A stretch of 64,000 nucleotides of DNA, taken from Octopus sinensis (lineage: Eukaryota). The position numbers and the translations under genes are program-made. Each line of letters begins with the position of its first letter. The first letter of the stretch is position 1. The notes beneath the pieces were generated by a model. That model worked only from the letters and a program-made list of their open reading frames with translations. It was not told the DNA's origin and searched no databases. The stretch is taken from NCBI RefSeq assembly GCF_006345805.1, contig NC_042998.1, positions 40,982,001 to 41,046,000 of the forward strand. Reading direction: 5' to 3'. Below are positions 1 to 13,256 of the stretch, one piece after another.

Positions 1-1088
1 TTAAATAACATTTTTGACTTCATAATGCCTAGAATGTCATTCTTTTAAGATTTCAGTTGATATTCAAGAAGTAAATAAAAGTATGCAGTGTATGTGTTGA
101 AATAATTTTAAGACAGAATATTGTAAAGCTTTTTAATCACCAGAGTAGACAAGTAGATGTTTTTTTCTTTGCTTTCTTTCAAATTAGTCTCATGAGTATT
201 AAAATGTTATGAAAAGAAAAAAATTAGATGTACAGTTTCTTTTAGCTTGGGATAACTAGTGTATTGATTGAAGTTATTCTCTTGGACTATATCTGTCTTC
301 AGCAGCCTCATTAGAGACATTTACAAATTACTATAAAATTATCATAAAAATTTATTTGATTAACCAACACAATTATGTTTGTTAACTATTTTGTTTCAAT
401 CTCAGCTAATGAAATAGAATATTAAACATGACTGTGTGGTTGAGAATTTCACTTCCTAACTTTGTGGTTGGTTTTGCATTCAGTTCCACTGCACTGCACT
501 CTTGGCAAGTGTCTTATATTATAACCTTGGGCTGACCAAATCCTTATGAGTGGATTTGGTTGATGGAAACTGAAAGAAAACTTATATATAATATATATGT
601 ATGCATGTGTCTGTATTTTTATTTACATTTGCAATTGTTTGTATGAATGTGTGGTAACCAAGTTCTCCTGTCAATAAATCATCCAGGAACTTTGTTCCTC
701 CTAAGCCATGTGAAATAAGTGACCCTTTACTTGGAACACAGGTAAGGATTAGCATCAGAGAGACATCTGGGTTGTAAAACAATGTGTCAAATAACATATT
801 CATCAAACACATGCAAGCATGGAAAAATGGATGCAAAATGAATGAACTGCATATAGTTTTATTCCTGAAAAATAAATGGTTATTAAAAGAAAAATACCCT
901 TTGATTGAATACTCAATAATTACAGATTGATGTCAAAGAAACTAATTGAATATATGAATAGTGGAATAAATGCAATGTTTAATTGAAGGTGTGAGAGTAA
1001 TAAGTAATGAATAAATCAAGGATATTATTTTTTCGGGTGACATTAGTTGTTAACTAATAATCTAATATATATTAATTTTGTTTTTCAG

Positions 1089-1169
1089 CTATGATAAAGT
1101 TGAATTAAAAAACTTTACAACAAGCTGGAAGGATGGTTTAGCATTTAATGCATTAATACATAAACACCG
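1089..1169 (+). CDS. DMD: Dystrophin exon (CH2 domain, first part)
   Basis: tttttcag| ... |gtaagt; translates [27 protein letters not shown], the dystrophin/utrophin CH2 motif; ends phase 2 like the human exon 6/7 junction. Confidence 0.95.
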
Positions 1170-1372
1170 GTAAGTCAAACTTCTTTCAGTTTAGTTAATG
1201 ACTAAATGTCTGTTACAAGGTTCCACTCCAGCAATTATCTACAGCAATTAGAATAAAATCAATATTGATTAGGTTTCATATTTCTAGCTTTTTGCTTCAA
1301 ATTGAAATGCAGACCAAAATGACTGAAATCATTTAAAGAAAAACACACGTGCACACACACACACGTGCACGT

Positions 1373-1412
<40 letters not shown>

Positions 1413-2130
1413 ACACACACACTTTACAGTTATCTACATTATCTAACCTTCTTATTCCTCAAATTTTATTTTTATGTAAAATATACCATGGCAATAAATG
1501 AGCTGTTCAGGAAGTGAATCTTTGAGAACATTCAAAACTAGCTGACTGTTTAACCAACAGGAAAGAATGCATCAGTGGGATGAAACACAATACAAGATCA
1601 TGTTGAGCTGTGGAAAACCCGAGTGCAGATTTAATGGAAATATATTTATTTTTAAAATAGAGATTAGAGGTTTTCTTTTTTTCTCAGAAGTATTCCTTTC
1701 CAGTGGTTAGTTGAGAGAATCTAAAATGTGCAGGATGTTTAATCTTTTGTATTTGTTCTGTTGTTTATTTCTCACCTCAGTGTGCAAATCTTGAGGCTCC
1801 TGCTCATTGCTTGGTTGCCTCTGTGAGCCTATAAGGAATGTGTATCTAGTTGCAAAGGTATGCTTAGTATCATCAGAGCTTTAACAGTATGAACAAAGTC
1901 ACCAGTATGTGGTTGAGTTCATGAGATGTAGGTATCAATGGATGAAAGAGATTTATTGGTTCTGTGAGTAGTCTAGTGTGGGTTGAGTATAACTAGGCTT
2001 AGTTCGTTTCTATTGATATCTGGGAGAAACAACATCCGGTTGTGTTGATGGGGTTTTAAGTTGAGTGAATTGTTTGCATGTTGCTTTCTAAAAAATAGAA
2101 AGAAAAATGCTTCCAAAACTTCTGACTAAT

Positions 2131-2345
2131 AATAATAATCCTTTCTACTGGAAGCACAAGGCCTGAATTTTTGCAGGATGGGACTAGAATTACATCGACC
2201 TCAGTGTTTCACAGGTACTTAATTTTGTTGACCTTGTAAGGATGAAAGGCGAAGTTGAGCTTGGGAATTTGAACTTAGAACATAAAAACAGATGCAATAC
2301 CGCTAAATATTTTGTCCAGCATGCTAACGGTTCTGCCAGCTCATT
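2131..2345 (-). mobile_element. tRNA-derived SINE, same family as 50369 (further copies near 2966-3150, 8680-8880, 8890-9000, 9436-9648)
   Basis: Reverse complement of the 50369 element (ggtacttaatttt..gaccttgtaaggatgaaaggc..atttgaac). Confidence 0.8.
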
Positions 2346-2395
2346 GCCTTACTACTACTGCTACTACTACTTATATAATAATAATGATAATAATA

Positions 2396-2958
2396 AATTC
2401 CTTGAGGCAGTACCAGACAGGGGCTCTCCTGGCTTCTGATCTTAACTGACTGGAAGTGTTATCATGTACATTGTTTTGTCTTGGTATAAAAGATGGGCTA
2501 CTGCAAATATTCTGCTCAATACCACAGATTTGCTTGTCAGTTGTTTGACCATAACCACTTGAGCATGTCCCCTAGTGGCTGATGATATGTGCATCTCTGA
2601 TCACAAGCAGAAGTAGTGGGGGAGCATCATAACCATGTGTTGAGAAGAATTCTTTGGAGTTTGGATAACTCACTTCTGGAAACATGGGTGTTTCATTCAA
2701 CATCCTTAAACAACCTTCATTCAGGGACCTTTTGAGTGGGATGGGCTACTCAACCTGAAGAAAAATCGAAATGGACTCCATCTACAAGGTCTTGTACTGT
2801 TTATTTTGATATAAGATCACCTTGTTGCGCACACATAGTTATGATGCATGTGCCTGGTGTACCGTTATCAGCCGGGCAGTCATGATGGGTATACTGGGCT
2901 TCATATATTTTATCCCAGTGTCATCATTTTGATGGCATGCACTGCTCTCTCACTCAAT
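2396..2958. repeat. Unclassified interspersed repeat between (AAT)n tracts
   Basis: Sharply bounded higher-GC block flanked by aataataat; no ORF or motif recognised. Confidence 0.4.
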
Positions 2959-3188
2959 AATAATTATTTCTACTCTAGTCACAAGGCCTTGAAAATTTTG
3001 TGGGAAGAGGGATAGTTGATTACATCAACCCCAGTGCAGAACTGGTACTTATTTCATTGACCCCCTAAATGATGAAAGGCAAAGTCGACCTTCATGGAAT
3101 TTGAAGTCAGAACGTAGCGGCAGATGAAATACCACTAAGCATTTTACCTTATTCAATAATAATAATGTTAGAATGTCCTAACGAATGA

Positions 3189-3600
3189 TATGACCACCAA
3201 CCTTTGCCAATAGCAGAGAATATTCAGGTGAAATTCACATGGGATATGCTAATCAACAGAGATAAGAAGCTGCAACATAACCAACTAGATATTACTCTCT
3301 CATGGAAGGAGTCCAAAAAGTAGACACTTGTTAATGTAACTATACTTGTAGACCAAAATATTGTGAAGGCAGGGAATGTGAAAGTCAAAAATTACCAAGA
3401 CCTAGCATTGGAAGTGAAACACATCCATAGAGTCTCAAATGTGAGTGTGATACCTATCATGACTGGTGCACTTGGGACCATCTCAAAGAAAGCAATATAC
3501 TAGCATGAAAAGCTAAAAATACCAAACTTCATAGGAAGTACACATTTGGCAGCAATACTCAGAACAGCGGATGTTGAGGAAAGTGTTGTGTCTCTAAGCT
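3189..3600 (+). pseudogene. Dong/R4-type LINE 3' end: restriction-like endonuclease remnant
   Basis: YDHQP..KFTWDMLINRDKKLQHNQLDI..KNYQDLALEV..VIPIMTGALGTI with internal stops; flanked by (aat)n at 3155-3166 and 3653-3663. Confidence 0.8.
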
Positions 3601-4448
3601 GCAGAAAGAGCTGAGAAGTGACATAAATAACACAAGAAAAGAAAGGATGAAGATAATAATAATGTTAATCCAATCATACTGTTTGAAAATTAGTAAAGTT
3701 TCTTTTACAAAAATATTTGATATCCTCATCATTCATTTAAACCAAAGTTGCTTTATTCTCCCTATTACTATTAACTGAACTACTACATTGTCCACTCATC
3801 CTTACACGAGAATATTTAATCAGAATCAATTCCATATTTCAACATTTATTTAAAGATAAATTTATCTTTTTATGTTTCAACATTGTCAGTTGGCCATAAA
3901 TTCTTCCAAGGGTTAACCCTTTTTATACAATATTTCTGTTGAAATACACTATCTTTCATTGTCATTGTTGTCCTCTTCCTCTTTGTTTGCCATACATTTT
4001 CTTTGCTGGCATAAAAGCTGGTGTTTGGAACATAAACTAACATGAAATTCTGATGGAAAGCCTTAATTAAAATCATTTTAAAACAGAGAGTTAGTATTAT
4101 AGAACCAGGGGCTGTCTTGTTCATTTTAGTATCAAAAAGATTAATTATCTCAAATTATTTCAGTCCTTTCTATCTTTCTCTTTTGACATCTTCCTCTCTC
4201 ACTCTGTCAGTCATCTCTATCAAGTAGTATAGAGACAGGCTGTTGAGTTAGTAATGTTTGATGGTGTAAGGTTGTTAGACATGTCTTGTAAAACTTAGAA
4301 CTAACTGAAAATATATTACATATTCACTACGTAATGAATGTAGCACCCACTTTTTCTTTTGTTGAAATTGATAATATAAAGATAAATTAAATTGTAAATA
4401 TGTATTATAACAGCATTGTATGTTTATATTTTAAATCTATATTCTTAG

Positions 4449-4564
4449 GTCTGAGTTATTTTCATATGATGATCTTTTGGATAAAGACAATTACTATAAT
4501 CTGTCACATGCTTTCAATATTGCACACCAACATTTGAATATTGATCCATTATTGGATCCTGAAG
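4449..4564 (+). CDS. DMD: Dystrophin exon (CH2 domain)
   Basis: cttag| ... |gtttgt; SELFSYDDLLDKDNYYNLSHAFNIAHQHLNIDPLLDPE; phases 2 in, 1 out match neighbours. Confidence 0.95.
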
Positions 4565-5355
4565 GTTTGTGAATCTATCTATTTATTTTTTTTATTTTAT
4601 CTATTTATTTTTTAAAAAAATATTTTATGAATAATTTATCAATATGATTTATATATTGATAATTATTCATAATAATTATTGTGTTTTGGTATTTTTAAAA
4701 GCAGAAAGTAATAGAAATTAAAAATAATTGTTATTTCTATTTGAAATGGAAAACTTTATTTTGCATATATATTTATATATTTCTTTCTCATGTTAGTCTG
4801 AATTGAGGAATTTTAAAGTAGGTTGCTTAACATTCAATTAGCTACCCCCCCCCCAATTTTGCTTGTTTGCTTTAATCCACATTTATGTTCAAGGTTGTCA
4901 GTTGTCCTTGAAACAAAATTAGGAAATTGATTCCTTTATATTTAGAACCTGTCATAAGGGAAAAATTTTTTACTTTTCAATGTTGTAATTATTCCTCAAA
5001 TTAATTAAATCTGTCATTCACACTGATTCTGATCTGATTCAATATGTCTTATGTTTTACTTAATTTGAAATGAGAATCATTGGAAAAAAAAAACAACTTA
5101 TATTGCCATCATTAATCAATGAGTATACCTCATTTTCCTATGCTAAAAGAGATTAGTTAAGTTAGATTACTGTTGCCCCACTATATTGATAATTTCTTCT
5201 TCAAAAGTTTACAACTTAAATATTTCGGTTTACCTTCTCCATAGATGCTATCAGTTTTTGGTTTCTAATTTAGAGGCTACTGATAATTGATATAATCTAA
5301 ATGTGTGTTGTAAATGTGTGATTATTGTGTTAATATTACTATATTTTCATTACAG

Positions 5356-5675
5356 ATGTTAATGTAGACAATCCTGACAAGAAATGCATTATAATGTATA
5401 TAATGTGTTTATTTCAAGTCCTGCAAAATTCAAGCAATAATTCATCAAATGAAACAAATACAAAATTAGATTCAGTTAAAAACTTACAAGCTGAAACAAC
5501 TTTAATATCATCTTCTCCAAAGAGTATCGATGAGCATAGTGTACCTACACAACCTGCAGCAACTGTTACTACTGAATCCAGTTCTTCACTTACTGTCGAA
5601 GAGGATATGAATAAAATAAGTGCTAAGTGTATGGACAAGACACACAATGAAGCTTTGAATCCTGCTGCTGCTGAG
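5356..5675 (+). CDS. DMD: Dystrophin exon (end of CH2 plus Ser/Thr-rich hinge 1)
   Basis: tacag| ... gag|gtaaat; DVNVDNPDKKCIIMYIMCLFQVLQ (human DVDTTYPDKKSILMYITSLFQVL) followed by low-complexity linker. Confidence 0.93.
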
Positions 5676-5757
5676 GTAAATAAAAAAAAAAGTTGCTTTA
5701 GTTTTTAGTTCAAGTCTCTGAATAAGCACGTTTGTAGTCAAATCAATCATCTGCTCA

Positions 5758-5760
<3 letters not shown>

Positions 5761-5856
<96 letters not shown>

Positions 5857-5877
5857 CATACATACATACATACATAC
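5761..5877. repeat. Compound microsatellite (CT)n(TA)n(TACA)n; similar arrays at 20026-20110, 21836-21903, 56566-56656
   Basis: Direct reading. Confidence 0.95.
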
Positions 5878-6240
5878 AAGAAGAAGAATGTTTACAATTA
5901 TGAACAAGTCAAGTCACAATTATAACTAAGAGGGTTTCAAAACCCTTACATGTTTAGAAATAGCAGTCAAAATCACTTTAAAGCCATTTTATAAGCCATT
6001 TTTATAACTCATATTATTTCTCTTCAAAATAAGAGTGTCTGCAGGCAACATGACAAATAGAATCCACAACTTAAAAGTATGTAAAGTTTTGAAATCCTCG
6101 TAGTTATAATTATGACCTGTTCACAATTATAAACATTCTTCTTTTATGTATTTTATGGTAACATGTTTGGCCATTGATATATTCATAAATGATTATTAAT
6201 TGTTTATAATATATCCTCAGTAATGTATAATTACATTACT

Positions 6241-6296
<56 letters not shown>

Positions 6297-6690
6297 TATA
6301 TATTATATATATATATACATACATACATACATACATACAAGAAGAAGAATGTTTACAATTATGAACAAGTCAAGTCACAATTATAACTAAGAGGGTTTCA
6401 AAACCCTTACATGTTTAGAAATAGCAGTCAAAATCACTTTAAAGCCATTTTTATAACTCATATTATTTCTCTTCAAAATAAGAGTGTCTGCAGGCAACAT
6501 GACAAATAGAATCCACAACTTAAAAGTATGTAAAGGTTTTGAAATCCTCGTAGTTATAATTATGACCTGTTCACAATTATAAACATTCTTCTTTTATGTA
6601 TTTTATGGTAACATGTTTGGCCATTGATATATTCATAAATGATTATTAATTGTTTATAATATATCCTCAGTAATGTATAATTACATTACT

Positions 6691-6700
<10 letters not shown>
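5875..6700. repeat. Tandem duplication of an about 270-nt TA-flanked MITE plus flank
   Basis: Copies at 5875-6150 and 6336-6600, each with about 75-nt imperfect TIRs (agaagaatgtttacaattatgaacaagtca / tgacctgttcacaattataaacattcttct), separated by (TA)n(TACA)n. Confidence 0.88.
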
Positions 6701-6749
<49 letters not shown>

Positions 6750-6960
6750 CCATCATGGCCAGTCACTGTGATTGACCACTAACTCCAAAACTTTTTTATT
6801 CTCTCTCTGTTTATTTCCTCATGTTCCTTTTTGGTGAAGAGCGTAGGCTCGAAATGTGAAAGTCTTTCTTGCCTTCCCAAGTGTCAAACTAATACACATG
6901 CTTGTTGTTTATATACCTGTCTTTGGCTTTTGTTTTTCTGTGAATTTCAAGTATATATAG

Positions 6961-7105
6961 GGCGTTAGGAAGGGCATCCAGCCGTAGAAACACTGCCAGA
7001 TCTGACTGGGCCTGACGAAGCCTTCCAGCTTCACAGACCCCAGTTGACCCGTCCAACCCATGCTAGCATGGAAAACAGACGCTAAACGATGATGATGATG
7101 ATGAT
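6961..7105 (+). mobile_element. RTE 3'-end copy
   Basis: Matches 49620-49763, (gat)n tail. Confidence 0.9.
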
Positions 7106-7155
7106 ATAAAATTGAAATCCGGTATAAAAATAATGTATCACATTACTTTGTTGCT

Positions 7156-7520
7156 CATCATCATCGATTAACGTCCATTTTCCATGCTGGCATGGGTTGG
7201 ACGGTTTGACTGAGGTCTGGAGAGCCAGTGGCTGCACCAGGCTCCAATCTAGTCTGGCAGAGTCTCTACAGCTGGATGCCCTTCCTAACACCAACCACTC
7301 CAAGAGTGTTGTGGGTGCTTTTTACATGCCACCAGCACAGGAGCCAGGAAGGCAAGCCTGGCAACAAACAAGTTCAGATGGTGCTTTTTATGTGCCATCA
7401 GCATAGGAGCCAGTCAGGGGGTACTGGCATCGATCACGATCAGTTGGTGCTTTTTATATGCCACCGGCACAGGAGCCAGTCAGGCGGACCTGGCATCAAC
7501 CACGTTTGGATGGTGCCTTT
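7156..7520 (-). mobile_element. RTE 3'-end copy (second subfamily)
   Basis: (cat)n then tccattttccatgctggcatgggttggacgg; several GTGCC/GGCAC modules. Confidence 0.88.
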
Positions 7521-10500
7521 AATGACTTTTTTCATCACTACAGAAATTTAATTAAAAATAAGAGGAAAAAATACACAGATGCAAATGCATGCATGTGGTT
7601 ATTTACATAGATTGTTTATATTAAACATAGAGAAGAGCAGTATATTTAACTTAAATTGACTGGTTGATAATTTATCAACTCCAGGAAGTTAAAAATTATT
7701 ATGAATTAAGTAAAGAACTGGTTGATATTGAACTATTATATAGCTAAATCATTCAATTGTTTCAGTAGGTACAGCTTTAGTGATGATGATGATGGTGGTG
7801 GGGTGCTATTGCTGCTGTTATGTGTTAGGGAGGAGAGTAGTTGACTGAACAAACTACTACAAACTAAGTACAAAATTAGTATATTTTATACTCCTTCAAG
7901 GCTTGTGACAAACTTGTCACTGGCCTTGAAGGAGTGAAAACAAAGTCTTGTGGGATATTTACCAGAACAATTGCAGAACAAGACTAAATAGTGAGAGTAT
8001 TTAGTGCAATGTTCTACTGATTCTGCACTCTTTCATCTTTACTAATGCCAGAAATTTGGGAGGTAAGTTTGTCAATTAAACTGGTGCTTATTTTATGGGC
8101 TCTGTAAAATGATACAAACTGACTTTAGCAGTACTTGAAATCAAAATATAAAGGGATGTATCTAATACTGCATTTTATTTTGGCCTTATTTCTACCAATA
8201 TGCCCTGAGCCAGCACTAATAATTCAGCATCCTAGGCCAGTCTTACAATGTGTTCTGTTCTCTCAGTCCTGCAATGGGAGCCTCCTTCTCCAATTTTATT
8301 CTACATGATCCTCCAGTTGGAAAGTGCAGTCATAAAATTGTGGTTAAGTTGTGAATAAGAAATCTGTAGTTTTATGATTATATATTTAACTGAATAAATC
8401 TGTGCTCATAATTTGAAATATTTCAGAATAAATCATGTGACAGATCATTACATCACATGAATTTTGTACTTCTCTCTGTCTACCCATGTTCTCTCTAACT
8501 TCTTTGTTTTTAGAGTGGTCTTACTTGCTCTTGTTATTGATAAGCTTTTGTGTTTTAAATAGACTGAAGAAATTTTATGTAAGTTATTTGTAGGACCTCA
8601 TTTTAAAAACCCAGATAGTCACCTAGCTTGCCAGACCTAGTACCAGCTCTGAGTTCTCCACACTAATGAGAATTCTTTCTACAATAGGCACAAGGCCTTA
8701 AATTTATTAGGAGGAGGCAGTTGATTATATCAATCCCAGTGCTCAACTGGTACTTATTTCATTGACCCCAGAAGGATGAAATGCAAAGTCAACCTCAGCA
8801 GAATTTGAACTCGAGACATGACAGATGAAATGCTACTGAGCATATTGCCAGGCATGTCATGATTTTGTCTGTTCACCACACTAATAATAATGATTTCTAC
8901 TATAGGCACAAGGCCTGAAATGTGGAGGAGGGGACTTGTTGATTACATCAACCCCAGTGTTTCACTGGTACTTAATTTATCGACCCCAAAAGGATGAAAG
9001 GTAGTAGTAAAGTCAAACTAAATCAATATATTATCAGTACTTCTGTCAACTAAGGGGAATAGAAATGACAAGCGAAATCAACCCAGTGTAATGATTTTCT
9101 AGCTTAAGCACAAGGCCAACAGTTTTAAGGAGAGAGGGTTAAGTCGATATTTTTGATCCCAGTACTTGAGCAGTCCTTTATTTTATTGCTTTTGGAGGGA
9201 TGAGAGACAAATGTGGCCTCGGTAGGATTTGAGCTTAGAGTACAAAAAGCTGAACTGAAAACTGCATGAGTAAATTGAATGAATCAGTTGGTTGAAACAC
9301 TAAGTCTTCTGAAGTGGGTAAAATAAATACCAATAAAGTACATTAGTTTGATTAATTCTACTCCATCTATTCTCAAAATTTGAAGCCTTTTGCCAATTTT
9401 AGAAGTTATTATTGTTGTTAAAAATTACAATTCATGGCAGAATAGGTTGAGCAGTGAACAATATGCCTTCTGTGTTTAGTAATACCTTTGTTTTGTTTTC
9501 AAGTTCTGCCATGATCTGTTTTGTTTTCAGCCTTCCAAAGTTGATAAAATAAGTACCAGTAAAATACTGAGGGTAGCTTTGATGGAACTGACTATAATCA
9601 TCTCAAATTTGTGGCTGTATATCTTTGTTCGAAACTATTATTATTAGAAATGATTGAGTTATAGAATTAGTAGAATACAAGGCTGAATATCAGATCTGCT
9701 ATATACACATGTATAATGTTTTTTTATGGACAAAAATCTATCTGTCAAAGTTTATAGTCTATACATTTTAGTTTTGGTATACCATAATTTTCATACTAAA
9801 TAAATAAATTATTTAGAAACAGTGAAAATTAACTATAAAAATTTTAAAAATCTGTATTTCAAATGCATGACAGTTCGAAACAGTTTTTGCTTTGAATTTG
9901 ATCAAATTTAGCTACAGGTCTATAGATAGCACTATATATGTATTTATGTACAGCTTGGTTTTTATATGTCTGTATTATCTTCCATAGTTTTATAAGTTTT
10001 CTAAGAATTCATTGGAAGCAGAATAGTATTATTTATGAATAAAATTTTAATTTAAAAGCAAACTATTTAAGTGGCCATGTGTTTTTGAAGTTATGCTAAA
10101 CTCAGCAAAGTATGTTGACTTGTCTACTCCAAGACACACCTCTCTCTGTTGAGTGGGTGGGTAGTGAAAGTATGAGAAGAAAGTAAGAGCGAGTTACTGA
10201 CTATTAGGAGAGAGACAGAGAGAGGGAGGGAGAATGTAGAAACTTGATAGGGTAGCCTATAACAGCAAAGAGATTATCTCTACTTCCTGGCAGTGCTGGA
10301 CTATTTTCAGACTGCTACCTCTCTTTAGTTTTGTATATTTGAATGAAAAGTAAGAACATAAGAGATAGCGATGGTTATTTCTGTTTGGTTTGTTGTATTA
10401 ACAAGCAGCTGACTGTGGGTGGACAGGCAAAACATTAGTACCCAGGATTATTTTGTTTCTGTTCACAGTAAATGCTGTTACAGTTCTGACTGCTTTGTTA

Positions 10501-10727
10501 GTAGAGACTTGGTGTTTAAAAACAAAATCCAGTAATCTCCATCTATTACTGGAAAATTATAACTTGTTATAAAATGTTTCTAAAGATTTTTGATGGCTAC
10601 TTCAAGTGAAAAATCAAGTAGGTATAACATTAATTTTTTTCTGTTTAGTCATTTGTATATATTCATTGTAACAGAATTCTTTAATTATTGAAGTTGCTAA
10701 TTGTTTGTGTTATATGTCACTTTTCAG

Positions 10728-10973
10728 TCATTGATGTCTCTTAGTAGTGGCAGTTCTAGTACTTCAAGCCGGCATAGCACCATGAGCACTAGCTCACTTG
10801 ACCTCCTCTCCTATCAGGACATGCTAGAAAATGTCTTAGCATGGCTACTGGAAGCAGAGGAAGTAATTGCAAAACAAGAACCTGTTGTTGAGACTATAGC
10901 ACATTCAGCTGATGATGATGCTTCTGACATGCTTGGGGTCACAAAGGTTAAGCAACAATTTAATGAACATAAA
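10728..10973 (+). CDS. DMD: Dystrophin exon (hinge 1 end, spectrin repeat 1 helix A/B)
   Basis: ttttcag| ... |gtaagt; LDLLSYQDMLENVLAWLLEAEE...KVKQQFNEHK; phase 0-0. Confidence 0.95.
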
Positions 10974-13027
10974 GTAAGTAGATATCTTATCAATAGTCAC
11001 CTGTGACATTCACTTCATATTTGCTTTAGTTGAATTGTTATTTATTAAACAATACAGTGCTAATGATAGAAAGATTAACATTGTATTTCAGATTGGTCCA
11101 TGATAAATGAATAAGAAAGGATTAATAAACATATAAACTGTTGAAACTGAAGATGTTTTCTTTGATAATTATTATTTGATTCTATAAAAAGAATATACTA
11201 TTGTATATTTGTATGCGTGTGTGTGTGTTCATGTATAGTTTCATATTCAATGTGCTAAATAAAGTAAACTGGGACATTTAGTGTATTAAATGTCATGAAA
11301 TTTAGTGTTTTGATTTTATTTACAGCTTAATAGTACTTTTTGTGTGTTTAAAAAATAATAGCTATTACTTAGGGATAAACAAATACTTTCTACCTATTTA
11401 TCTTTCTTCAAACATAATAAATAAGTGAAGGAATAATTCTTTATTCTTTTATACATTTCAGCACAAAGGCTGTTAATTAAAAAATTAAATTTAGATAACC
11501 AATGAAGATGATTTAATGTTGCTAAAAGTTTGCTTGAAATTCCTTTTTATTTAACAAGTTGTATGAGAAATTAATGCAGACATTTTTGTCTTGGGTTTCT
11601 CACATGTGTATTTGTAAATTGTTTATCCCAGTTTTATGAATCATCCCACTAATATCAGTGTTACATGTTTTCTAGCTGTCTTTCCTTTTTACTTGTTAAA
11701 TAGTAGTGTAATAAGCAATCTTGGGTCCTTACTTCAGAACTTGTTTCAATTTTCTACCTTTTACTAAACTTTATATTTAATTTCAAACATGAATTACAAG
11801 TGAAAGTTATGACTGTCTGTGTGTGTGTGAATATTCTCACATCCACGTGTCTTACGTTGTTGTCATTAAGTAAAAAAAACAAATTTTCATGATAACATTT
11901 TATTGTTTTTAAATTTTTCGGGATTCATGAATGGGCTTTGTGCTACTATAAAATAATCTCAAAATTTATTTTGACATTTTCTGAAACTAGTTTGAATGTT
12001 GTTTAATTAAAATTTTTTTACTGATATTGTAATACTAGATTGCATTAATATATGGCATCAACTTAACAATATAACGATGGCATATTTATGTAAGATGTTG
12101 GTATGTGTTTCTAGCTATCAACACTTTTTGAAACCATTCCAGGTACTTAGCAATGATTATGTGTATGTGTGTATATATATTTCAAATTTTCTTATCAAAT
12201 ACCATATTTATGCAGACTGCATTATTTTAAGAAGAAATTACACTACTATATCATAGTTACAAGTTCAGTTTTCCATGCTAACATGTTGTTCAGTGTGTTT
12301 GCTGAGATATTTCTCTTCATTTCAACCTGATTTTTGTCACTGTTCGTCCTTATTCTCTGGTTTCATTTTTAGTTTTCATTTGGCAACAAACAGTAAATAT
12401 TCTTTATTTACTCATACATTTTTTACTCTTATAGAAAATTTATCTTCAACTTTATTTAATATGTCAGTGACACACTTCCTTATATATATCTATAAACATT
12501 GTTTTTTTTTAATTGTAAAAAAATTGAATTGAAAAATAAAGTTCTTTAATTACTTTGCAAAACATTTGATTCAAAGTTGTTCAAAACCATGCTATAAGAA
12601 TTAAATTTCAATCATAGCAAAAAAAAAATACATTACTTGCCTACATAATATTATATCACTTTCATGGTTAGGACAAAAAAAAAAAAAAGAAAGAAATTAT
12701 ACCAGCCTACACTTAGCAGCAGAAAACATTATTAACTGTTTTATTACATTTCATTCCATATATTTAAATATATTTACAAGGTTTTGTTACTTGTATTTTG
12801 ATTTTATTATTGGTTTGTTATAATCTGAAACAAGTTAGTGTTACATTCATCATCATCACCATGATTTAACACCCACTTTGCATGCTGGTATGAATTGGAT
12901 GGTTTGATTATAAACCAGCAAGCTGCAGGGCTGCATTAATCTCCATTGTTATCTTTGGCATGATTTCTACAGCTGGATGCCCTTCCTAATGCCAACCACT
13001 TTTAATTTATAGCTTAAGCCAACACAC

Positions 13028-13256
13028 TTAACTGTTTAGCATTCAGATTACTCTGTCAAATGTGATGCTTATTTATTCACATTATTTTGAATTATCCTGC
13101 ATTGTCTCACAACTTCAAGATTTTGATGATTTGATTGTATATTTTTAGATTGACATTTTAGGGTAAGTGTGAGAGGCCAAATCTAGATAGTTTGACTGGG
13201 TATGACTAGTTTGAACATTTAGGCTGGATATGGTTGATTTAAATGCTAAAAGGTAA
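13028..13256. mobile_element. Degenerate piggyBac-like MITE
   Basis: ttaactgtttagcatt ... aatgctaaaaggtaa, TTAA-type ends (decayed). Confidence 0.5.
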
